Source: an uncultured Oscillospiraceae bacterium
GTDB lineage: Bacteria > Bacillota > Clostridia > Oscillospirales > Oscillospiraceae
DNA: 64,000 bases
Assembly (NCBI GenBank): GCA_947627325.1
Contig: CANQVO010000003.1
Span: 43,263-107,262, forward strand
Reading direction: 5' to 3'
The position numbers and the translations under genes were made by a program. This document shows positions 40,001-52,000 of this stretch, in pieces (within the stretch, counting starts at the first letter, position 1; every line of letters starts with the position of its first letter). The notes beneath the pieces are model-generated. The model saw nothing but the letters and a program-made list of their open reading frames with translations, was not told the DNA's origin and did not search any database.

Positions 40001-43000
40001 ATGACGCCATCCCCTGCGCCACCTGCGGGGCCACCGTGACCAAGACCGACGAGGTGGACTACCTCCACGACATTGTGACCATCGCCGTGGGCGGGGACCA
40101 CACCCTGGCCGTGGACGCCTTCGGCGCGGTGTGGGCCTGGGGCCTCAACGACCGTGGCCAGCTGGGCATGGGCACCGACGCCAAGGGCGCCTACCTCACC
40201 GCCAACCAGAACGCCCCTGTGAAGGTGGCGCTGGCCTACCCCAACGGCGAGGCGCCCGTCATCGTGGCCGTGTCCGCGGGGAACAAGTTCTCCCTGGCCC
40301 TGGACGACAAGGGCTATGTTTGGGCCTGGGGCGACAACTCCCAGGGCCAGCTGGGCCGGGATCTCTACATCCCGGACGGCGCCACCGTCTACACCTCCGT
40401 GCCCGGCCGGGTGTCCGCCGGTATGGCCGCCGGGCCCGCGGACGCCAACAGCGCCTTCAACACCAGCGCCAACGAGCCGTACAGCTATCTGAGCCACATC
40501 GTGTCCATCTCCGCCGGGACCGCCACCGCCGCGGCGGTGCGCTCCAACGGGCAGGTGTACAGCTGGGGCCTGAACACCTCCGGCCAGACCGGCACCGGCG
40601 TCCAGGGCGACAACGTGGCCACCACCCCCACCCGGGCCTACATCTCCGCCCCCGTGGGCGTCCGGGCCGACTGGGACAATGAGAACACCGACCTGGTCAA
40701 GTCCAACACCACCCGGGTGCCCAGCAGCCGCAACTACGCCGCCAACACCATCAACGACCCGCTGGTGGAGCACTTCTCCCGCACCAACGAGTTCATGTAC
40801 CAGGTGGTCAGTGCGGCGGTGGGCGAGCACCACACCCTGCTCCTTACCAGCTCCAACGCCGTGACGAAGGACGCGGAGGGCAACGTCCTCAGCCAGAACT
40901 TCACCGTCAGCGAGAACAACGTCTACGCCATGGGCACCAACCTCTATGGTGAGATGGGTCTGCCCGTGGATCCCGCCTCCGCCAATAACACCTACCTGAC
41001 GCCGGTGCTGGTCCTGCGCCACCTGGATCCCAACTATAACGTGACCATTCTGGACACCACCGTGGGCGAGGACGGCAGTACCGTGCCCGTCCGGGACGCC
41101 CAGGGCAACTACGTGGAAAAGCAGTCTGACCTGCAGACCGAGGGCGAGGTCATCGTGGATATCTCCGCCGGGATCGGGTATTCCGCCCTGCGGATGGTGC
41201 GCTATGCCCAGGCGGCCACCGAGGCCAACGGCGCCCTCACCGAGCTGAGCCACTCCTACGCCTTTGGCATCAACGACCGGGGCCAGCTGGGCAACGGCGC
41301 CACCACCGCCAGCTATATCCCCGTGCGGACCCGCAAGGGCAGCTACGAAGAGCACAACGACGACTACCTCTACCTGGAGGGTGTGTACGACCTGGACGCC
41401 GGTCCCTACCACGCCTTGTCCATCGCCCTCTACTATAAGTCCTTCACCAACTACGTCAACGAGCCCACCGGGAAGACGGACGACGTTCTGGACGGGATGT
41501 TCGGCTACGTTTGGGGCTGGGGCAACAACGCCACCACCGCCACCGGCACCACCATCCTGGGTCAGCTGTCCGACCTGATCGCCGCCTACCTGACCACCCC
41601 CACCCAGATCGGCGCCCGGGAGTCCATGGACCTGATGGTGGACTACATGGAGGCCGTGACCTTCAACAACGCCGACGGCAGCGTGAACGGCAGTTACGAC
41701 ACCCACGCCGTCCGGGCCTGGAAGAGCGACTACCAGGGCCATTTGAGCAAGGCCGGGACCTCGGGCTACAACAGCGAGGGCTACTACGGCGTGATGCGCG
41801 GCCCGGCGGTGGAGCCCACCAACGTGGTGCCGTTGCGGATCACCCTGGGCTCCAACGAGCGGCTGATCATCTACAAGGAGAACACCCACCTCCACTACGA
41901 CTCCGGCTTCTCCCTCTATCCCATCAGCCACGATCTGAACTCCGTGCTGTGGAACAAGGGCACCGGCACGGCTGACGCCACGCCCTACCAGCCGGTGGGC
42001 GAGTACTGGGCCGCCGTCATGTCCAACCCGGACATCGCCCGGGTGGACGTGACCAACAACGCCAGCGACAACGTCCTCATCTTCAGCGAGGGCTACTGCC
42101 TGGATCCCTATGATTACCGGGTCGGCCCCACCACCCTGACCCTGGGCGCCTCCTACAACAACGGCCCCGGCACCCGGGACACCATCAACACCTCCAAGGT
42201 CTCCGCCCCCGGACGGAACACCGAGGTGATCTACGACAGCGACTACGATCCCAACGATTGGCAGGTCTTCGGCGACTACGACCTGGTGGGCGACTGGACG
42301 CCCGATATGGTGGTCACCGGTGAGTACACCTTCACCCTGGACATCGACCTCCAGGCCTCCAGCAACGAGATCGTCACCACCACCGTGGCCGGGATGAACT
42401 TCTCCGCCATGAACACCACCGACGGCAACGTGTGGGTGTGGGGCGACAACGTCTACGGCGTGCTGGGCCAGGGCAACCTGGGCGGCACCCGGAACGTGAA
42501 CGTCTCCAACTCCGGCTCCAGCGCCACCTCCGTGCTCAGCAACCTGGGCGAGGCGCAGAACCCCGACGGCGGCAGCGACTCCCCGCGGGTCACCGCCTAC
42601 TCCGCCACCAGCGTGGCCAACCCCCAGAAGGTCAAGGCCCTCCTGGTGGATGACGAGGGCAACGAGACCGGGGACGTGGGCTACCTGTCCAACATCAAGG
42701 CCATCGCCGCCGGGTACGAGCACATGGTGGCCCTGGACGAGAGCGGCCACGTCTGGACCTGGGGCCGCAACGACTCCGGCCAGCTGGGCTACGCCACCAG
42801 CGACAAGAACGGCTCGGTCACCTACTCCGCCTACGCCCGCCGGGTGAACGGCATGACGAACGCCGACGGCACCGACGTGGTGGTGATGAGCATCGCCGCC
42901 GGCCGGTACCACACCGTGGTGGCCACCAACACCGGCGAGGTCTGGGCCTGGGGCGCCAACAACTACGGCCAGCTGGGCCGGGAGACCCTGCCTGAGAAGT

Positions 43001-46000
43001 GGGCCAACAGCTATGTCCCGGTCAAGGTCCTGGGCGACCGCGGCGAGGGGCACCTGGGCAACGTGGTGGTCGTGGACGCCGGCGGCGACACCTCCGCCGC
43101 CCTGAAGGGCGACGGCACCGTGTGGACCTGGGGCCGCAACGACGCCGGTCAGCTGGGCATCAACGAGAACCAGAAGCCCATCGGCGCGCCCACCCAGGTG
43201 CGTAAGGGCGATTCGGACAACGACGGCAACTACCTCACCGGCATCGGCGCCATCGCCGTGGGCGAGAACCATATGCTGGCCATCCAGAGCTCCGTGGTCT
43301 TTGACGCGGACCTGACCGGGGACGCCCTGGAGGCCGCCCAGCAGAAGGTCTACGGCTGGGGCGGCAACAACAGAAAGCAGTTGACCTCCGGCAAGGCCAT
43401 TGTGGACGAGGCCACCGGCGCCATCACCGGCTCTTACGATGACCAGCCCGCCGAATACTTCTACGAGCCCAGGATCCAGTACGCCGCCCCGGTGGTGGAC
43501 CAGGCGGGCCATGTGAGCCAGACCCACCTCTACGGGGTGAAGAGCGTGGCCGCGGGCGTGTACACCTCCGCCGCCATCAACCGCATCGACCACGAGAACA
43601 CCGAGCTCATCGACCCGGCCCGGCCGGAGTTGGGGACGCGGTACATCCGGGACGCCGAGCTCTACACCTGGGGCGACGGCGACCTGGGCCAGCTGGGCGA
43701 CGGCAATTCCGCCACCCACGATGTGCCCTTCCCGCGGTTCGTCCAGGACGGCGAGACTGCCGCGCACACCGCCGCGGGCGACGTGCTGGACACCAGCGCG
43801 AGCACCCAGGGCTACAAGGTCACCGAGAAGACCGGCAGTCTGACCGACGTGAAGGACATCTCCCTGGGCTACAACCACGCCTCCACCATCCGCTACGACG
43901 GCTACATTTGGGGCTGGGGCAACAACCGCTACCTCCAGCTGGGCACCATCAACCTCCAACGTCTGGAGAACAACACCCCCGTCATCAGCGGCTACCGCTA
44001 CGACGGCGGCATCTACCTCACCGGCAGTGTGGACCAGCCCGACGGGGACACCACCCCCAGCGACCAGCCGGACAACTCCGACACCGACCAGATGCTCAAC
44101 GGCGTGACGGTGAACTCCACCGTCTCCCTGGGCGGCGGCAGAGAGCTGGTGACCATGACCGAGGCCGACGCGGCCGGGCAGAACGCCTGGCGCTACCGCA
44201 TGGACGACAGCCGGCAGCTGCGCCTGAAGGCGGACGGCTACATCGCCTATTCCGGCACCAACGCCACCACCCAGCGGGTGCTGGTCCAGGCCGGGGCGGG
44301 GGAGACGCCCACCAGCTACATCACCGTGGAGGTCACCGATCCCACCATCGCCGTGGCCAACAACGTGGGCGGCCAGTGGGTCATCCGCTCCGCCGGGCGC
44401 AACGAGTACGGCCAGACCAGCGTGGTCTTCAAGGCCTACGAGGCCCTGCGGGACAAGAAGGGCGATCCCCTGTACACCAACGGCACCACCGAGCCCGACG
44501 ACGACAACCCCGGTTACCAGTTCCAGGTGGTGGCCACCAGCGTCCTCCAGTTGGAGATCTACCCCAAGACCGGCATCGCCACCCCCATGGTGGTCTCCGG
44601 CGTGAACCACACCCTGGCCCTGAAGGCGGACGGCACCGTTTGGGCCTGGGGCTCCAACGTCATGGGCCAGCTGGGCATCGCCACCTCCGTTGACCGCAAC
44701 CATTACACCACCTACTCCAGCTGCTGCGGCTACACCCCGCGCAGTGAGTACTGGACCACCGCCACCGACGCCCAGGGCCGGAGCGTCCTGAAGTCCTACA
44801 CCACCCCGCAGAAGGTCCTGGGGATGAAGGCGGGCGACCTCAACGGCAACGGCGGTACCGGCGCGCTGAGCGGCATCATCCAGATCGCCGCCGGGGAGTA
44901 CACCTCCTACGCCCTGGCCGCCGACGGCACCGTCTACTCCTGGGGCTACAACAACGCCGGCGAGCTGGGCAACGGCAACTGGAACTTCACCTACGTCTAC
45001 CTCTACGACCGCTGCCCCCACAGCGGCTACTACTGGCACCAGTGCTATCCCGAGTACTGGTCCGCCATCCGGGACACCAACGCCTACTCCCCCGTCCGGG
45101 TGACCAACGTGGGCGCCAGCGTCACCTACTCCGGCGCGGAGTACACCGGCAACCACTTTGTCTCCGGCGTGAACGGCGGCTTCCTGTCCGACGCGGTGCA
45201 GATCGCCGCGGGCCGGGACTTCGCCCTGGCCCTGCGCTCTGACGGCACGGTGATCTACTGGGGCAACACCGGCACCTATCAGTCCCTGGCCTATGTGAAC
45301 GTGGACTTCACCCGCAACAGCCAGTACGGCAGCGTCACCGGCTCCGCCGTGGATACCCAGCGCGCCTTTGGCTCCACCATGCGCGGCGGCGACGCCGCCC
45401 TGGGCGAGTGGCACGCCATCAAGACCATGAGCGGCGGCAACAGCGGCTGGGACAGCCAGCACGACAACAGCAACGACATCTACTACGGCTATCAGGGCGT
45501 GACCAACTCCCACATGAGCACCACGTACAGCGACAGCTCCAACTACATCACCAAGCTGGTGCCGGTCACCGTCCTGGGCCTCCACGGCACCGACTATTTG
45601 GGCGACAACGACCTGAACGAGGACCTGACCACCTCGGACAAGTCCCTGGCCGCGCCCACCAAGACCATGACCGCCGCCAACTACTCCGCCCGGATCACCA
45701 AGATCGCCGCGGGCGACGAGTTCTCCGTGGCCCTCACCTCCGCTGGCACCGTATTCACCTGGGGGATGAACACCAAGGGTACCGCCAGCGCCTACACCAT
45801 GCCCAACACCATCTACTACAACTCGCCCCACACCTACACCCCCGCCTGGAACAGCCCCGGCGCCCTGGGCGACGGCAGTGATTTGGACCGGGCCTATCCC
45901 GTCCAGGTGAAGGCCGGGGAGCAGACCACCTCCACCAACTACCTCACCGACATCGTGGACATCGCCGTGGGCGACGGCCATGTGCTGGCCCTGGACAGCT

Positions 46001-49000
46001 TCGGCCAGGTTTGGGCCTGGGGCCGCAACGACAAGGGCCAGCTGGGCGCCGGCGACGGCCGGGGCGACAGCTCCAACGTGCCGCTGAAGGTGCTGACCAC
46101 CGGGAACCATCTGGATCTGCCCATCACCCGCATCTTCGCCGGAGGCGACTCCTCCGCCGCCATCGACGCCCAGGGTCACCTGTACGTTTGGGGCGACAAC
46201 GCCTACGGCCAGTTGGGTCTGCCCGCCGCGGACAAGGAGGGCCTCCCCCTGGAGCAGGAGAGCGTGGTCACCACCCTCCAGCGCGCCGTGGCCGGGGAGA
46301 GCCGGGAGAGCGGCCTCGCCGGGACGCCCTGCGTCACCGCCGGGGACGACAACGCCTTCCTGGGCGCCCAGAGCGTGGCGCTGAGCCACTCTCAGACCAC
46401 CATCTATAAGAACAACGTCTGGGTGACCGACGCCGATGGCATCACCCGCACCCAGGCGCCGCAGAACGGCGGGAGCCTCTACGCCATGGGTACCACCGGC
46501 GCGGGCACCTTCCTGAACGTGAACAGCGGCGCGAGCATCTACCACAGCTCCACCAACACCCTGGGCGACGACAAGACCGCGGGCTCGCCCAACCTGCCCG
46601 TGCTGGTGGGCACCCGGGACGAGGACACCATCTACATCAGTCAGATCGGCTACATCGCCGACTTCATGCACTACGGCGACGTGGTCTACCAGGACTTTGA
46701 CGGCGCCCTGACCCAGCACACCCTGGCCGACCCGGCCAGCGGCCACGGCTCGGCCACCACCGGCGAGTTCAACACCGCCCGCGTCCAGCTCACCGAAGGG
46801 GACGCTCTGCGGCTGAACCTCACCTACCACAAGGAGATCGAGGTGGTGGACCAGGCGGAGGCCCCGGAGGATCGGAACGAAGAGCTGGACGGCCCGTGGA
46901 CGCCGACCACCCATACGGAGACCGTCACCGGCGACAACCTCCAGCGCTACGCCGTGGTGGGCACCGACCTGTTCCGCACCGCCGGTACGGAGGGGGCGGA
47001 GGACGGCCTGTTCCTCTTCAGCACCCAGGACAACGGCCCCGGCACCGCGGGGATCGACAAGGGCGTTTACACCGCCAGCCGCAAGCCCATGGAGACCGGG
47101 GACTTCACTGTCATCTCTTCCGATGAGTCCATCCTGGCCGTCCACGTCAAGCCCGGCACGGACGGGTATTTCGAGCTGCGCGCCATGCCCAACGCCTTCG
47201 GCACCGTCACCGTGATGATCCGGGAGAACACCACCCAGGTCACCCGTATGTTCTCCGTGTCCGTCCGGCCCAAGGAGGACCGCACCGAGTCGCCCAACGT
47301 GAAGCTGGCCGCCCCCAAGGTGGTCTACGGGGAGAACTTCGCCCTGGCCCTGATGAGCGACGGCACCGTCTGGACCTGGGGCGACAACACCCACGGCCAG
47401 CTGGGCGACGGCACCATCGGCGCGGGCGCCTATGAATACGCCCCCGTCCAGGTCCGGGGCAAGAACGGCAACGGCTACCTCAAGGGCATCGTGGACGTGG
47501 TCGCGGGCGCCCACTACGCCATGGCCCTGGCCGCCGACGGCACCCTGTGGGCCTGGGGCGACAACACCCACGGCCAGCTGGGCGTGGGCAGCAGTGAAAA
47601 TGACCAGCGCTATCCCGTGGAGACCAATTTGAGCGCTGTCAACGCCTACGGCGCCGTCGCGCAGATCTCCGCCGGCTACGACCACGTCCTGGCCGTCACC
47701 GACCGGGGCTACGCCTTCGGCTGGGGCACCAACGGCTACGGCCAGATCAACCGCCGGAGCGAGAGCTTCAACGACGTGACCACCCCCGTCCGCCTGGAGC
47801 GGCTGGGCCTGATAAACAACGTCGAGCACAACACCGACCACATCTATGACGAGGGCTTCCTGGTGAATGTGGAGAGCGTCTACGCCGGGCGGCAGTACAG
47901 CCTGATCCGCACGGTGGGCGGCGCGGTGTACAGCTTTGGCCGCATCAACGGCGGCAGTTACGACATCGGCGATTCCGGCGTCTCCGCCACCAACGGCGAG
48001 GCCCGCCAGCGCCTGCCCATGCCCGTCCGGGAGGGCGGCGAGCGCAACCAGGAGGGCAACTATCTGCGGGACGTGCTGTTGGTGGCCGCGGGCAACCTCT
48101 CCACCGCCGACCACATCCTGCTCCTGAGCGCCAACGCCGTGAGCTATGCCCCCAAGGCCGAGGGCGGCGCCACCACCATTCGGGCGAGCGCCACCGGGGA
48201 CGACCCGTCCCGGGTCTACGCCGTCGGAGACGACACGCGGGCGGTTGCCCTCATCGAGAGCGACAAGAGCGGCACCCTCTACGGCATCGGCTCCAACAGC
48301 CAGAACCAGCTGGGGGCCGACCGGCCCGCCGACCTGGCCGCCGCGCGGCCTGTGGTGGTCAACGGCCTGACCAGCGCGCTGGACACCGACCTGGGCGAGA
48401 TCCCCGCCGCCGTCAGCGCGGAGGACCGGGTGGTCTTCCTGGCGGTGGGCGGCACCCGCGGCGGCGTCCTCACCCGGGCGGGCGACGTGCACCAGTGGGG
48501 CGGCGGCGCGACGGAGGTGAGCACCCTCCGGGCCGAGGCGGTGAACGCCACCGCCGTCAGCGACCAGAACTACGGCGAGACCGGCCTGGACTTCAGCGAG
48601 GGCAAGGTGAAGCAGACCTACGCCCTGGCCATGGGCAACGGGGCCAGCGTCATCCTCAAGAGCGACGGCACCCTGTGGGCCTGGGGCGACAACACCTACG
48701 GCCAGTTGGGCGTGGGCGTGGCGGACGTGGCCTACACCGCCGCCATGGACACCCCCGGCCAGGTCTACTACGCCCAGGAGCAGACCTACCGCCTGGCCCT
48801 CCAGCAGGTGGAGGTAGGCGCCGGGGACGACAGCGGCGCCTTCAGCGCGGCCTTCGCCCTGCATATGCCCTGGGAGATCCAGCTGAGCAAACAACAGCGC
48901 CAGACCTTCCGCATCCCCGCCGAGGAGATCGCCGTCCAGCGCGCCGACACCTTCAACCTCCTGACCCAGGATGTGTGGTATCCGGGCCTGTACGCCTCCG

Positions 49001-52000
49001 ACGAGGAGCGCAAGCGCCTGGTGTTCAAGAGCCTGAACACCCGCCTGATCACCTTCTCCGACAGCGCCACGGGCCTGGCCCTCATCCACTGGGAGAACGT
49101 GGAGACGGGGATGTACACCTATGTCACCGTCACCGATATCAACACCGGCTACACCGCCCAGATCCGGGTGGCCTTTGTGGACGACGCCCTCACCTACACC
49201 GGCGGCAGCGCCATCGGCGTGGAGGGCCACCTGGGCGAGGGCGGCCTGGTCCGGCAGAGCGCCGTGCCGCAGATCGTCCTGGGCGAGGAGTACTCCTTCG
49301 CCCTGCGCGCCGACGGCACCGTGTGGGCCTGGGGCCAGAACCAGAGCTATAACGACCTGAGCGCGGGCAACGTGGGCAGTGACAGCCCCATCTTCGTGCC
49401 CACCCAGGTCCGCGATCCGATGGACGAGAGCGGCTACCTCACCGGCGTGACGCAGATCGCCGGGGGCGACCACTTCACCCTCTTCCTCAAGGGCAGCGGC
49501 CAGGTCTACGCCTGGGGCCTGGGCGACCACGGCCAGCTGGGCTATGGGGACGCCGCCACCCGCAACATCGCCGGGAACGGGCCGATGGCGGTGAAGCTGG
49601 ACGCCGTCCAGTACACCTATCCCAACACCCTCAGCGGCAATCCCGACGTCCGCCTGGGCCAGCTGGAGAAGTTTGACGGCGCCTACGCCACCTACGCCCT
49701 GGGCGGGCCCGCCGGGCTCTTCGGCGGCGGGGCCTACGGCCCCTACGGCCTGGACCAGGCCGGCCAGCCCTACGGCTCCTACGACAACACCCAGGCCCTG
49801 CTCCACGACGGGGTGGACAAGACGGCCTACGATTACAGCGGCCATCACCTCACCGACGGCTTCGCCGTGGGCGCGGACTACTACACCCACAGCTACATCG
49901 ACCGGGTCATCAAGGTGGCCGCCGGGGCCCAGCACGCCGCGGCCCTGACCCAGGACGGCTCGGTGTACGTCTGGGGCTATGACAACGCCGGGGAGCTTGG
50001 CCGGGACAAGATGTCCTACGGCAGCTTCGCCACCGCCGCCCGGGTGAAGACCGACAACGTCACCGACCTGGCCGCCGGACGGGACCACACCCTGATGCTC
50101 AAGGGCGACGGCACCGTTTGGGCCTTCGGCTCCAACAGCCACGGCCAGCTGGGCCACGGCGCCGCCGACGTGGCGGCGAGCCAGCTCGGCCTGACCACCC
50201 CGGGCCGCTATGACGACCCCGTCCAGGTGCTCCGCGCCCTGGAGGACGGGGAGACCGCCGCCCTCACCGGCATCGTGGCCATCCAGGCCGGGGATCTCTT
50301 CTCCCTGGCCCTGGACGACAGCGGCCATGTGTGGTACTGGGGCCAGGTCGACGGCCAGGACTACCTGACCGCCCAGCGCCTGGATCTGAGCCGGGCGGGC
50401 GGGGAAGACCTCATCTACCAGATCGTCGCCAAGCACAACTCCGCCGCCCTGCTCACCGCCGGGCTGTCCTGGCCGGAGAGCGGCGTGGATGGGCTGAACC
50501 TGTCCAACCAGGGCCAGGTCTACCGCTGGCAGAACGTGGACAGCGCCCTGCCCACCGCCGACAGCCTGGTTCTGACCGGGGAGGCATACCTCACCACCAG
50601 CGACCCCGACGACACCGCCGACCATTTGCTCAGCGACGTGTCCGCCCTGGGCGTGGCGGACAGCCACATGGTCCTCATGACCGAGAACGGCGCGCTGTAC
50701 GCCTACGGCTCCGACGCCTACGCCGCCCTGGGCGACAAGGACGGCTTCACCGACCAGAGCGGCGACGGCAGCCTGTCCCAGCGGGACAAGGCCGCCCTCC
50801 ACCGTATCACCGGCGACCGCTACGGGCTGCTTCCCACCCTCTATGAAGACGTGACCGATCCTCTGTCCCCGGTGACCAAGAGCGTCCCCGGCGGCCAGGG
50901 CGAGCAGGGGAGGATCCTCCTCTATAACGGCCAGTCCATCCGCCTGACCCAGCTGGCGGCCAACGAGCCCTACGCCTTCAACCTCACCCGCTACCAGAGC
51001 CGCCAGGCGCGGTCCATGGACCTGGGCCGCTATCAGGTGGAGATCCTGGGCGGGGAGAACATCGTCTCCTATGACCCGACCACCGGCACCCTCACCGCCT
51101 CCGCCACCGCCACCGGCGTGGTCCAGGTCGTGGTCCGGGACGTGGAGCATATGGACGCCAACGGCCAGTATCTGGAACTGGGCGTGATCACCCTGGTGGT
51201 CAACCGCTCCAGCGGCGCCGGGGAGGAGACCAACACCGTAGCGCCCATGGTGGCCGCGGGCGACGACTTCACCATGGCCCTCACCGCCGATGGCAGGATC
51301 TACACCTGGGGCACCACCGACAACGGCGTGCTGGGCCGGGACGTCACCGGCACCCCCGCCAACGTGGCCGGAGAGGTGACCCTGCTGGGCAGCCGCACGG
51401 TGCTCACCGACGACGGCACCGGCGCCATGGTGGAGACCACCGAGACCTACCCGCTCCGGGCGGTGGCCATCGCCGCGGGGCAGTACCACGCCGTGGCCAT
51501 CGACGAGGAAGGCGCGCTGTGGACCTGGGGCCACAACTACTACGGCCAGCTGGGCCGCGCCACCGCCGGCAACTACGACGGTACCCCCGTCCGCCTGACC
51601 ATCTCCGACGTCTCCGCCGAGGGCCGCCCGGCCCAGGTCTACCCCTTCGTGTCCGTGGCGGCGGGCGACCACTTCACCCTGGCTCTGGACAGCCACGGCC
51701 AGGTGTGGGCCTGGGGCCGCAACGACGAGGGACAGACCGGCGCCGCCATCCCCGGCGGCAACGTCACCGCGCCCACCCAGGTCATGGGCTTCTCCACCAG
51801 CTCCCAGCAGCTGGAGAACAGCCACACCCCGTACAAGCTGGACGGCGTTGTGAAGATCGCCGCCGGCGACCGCCACGCCGTGGCTCTGACCGCGGGCGGC
51901 GCGGTGTACACCTGGGGCGCCAACGACCACGGCCAGCTGGGCATCGGCCAGATGCGCGCGGTCTACGCCCAGGGCGTGGCCGACCCGACCTACGACTACC

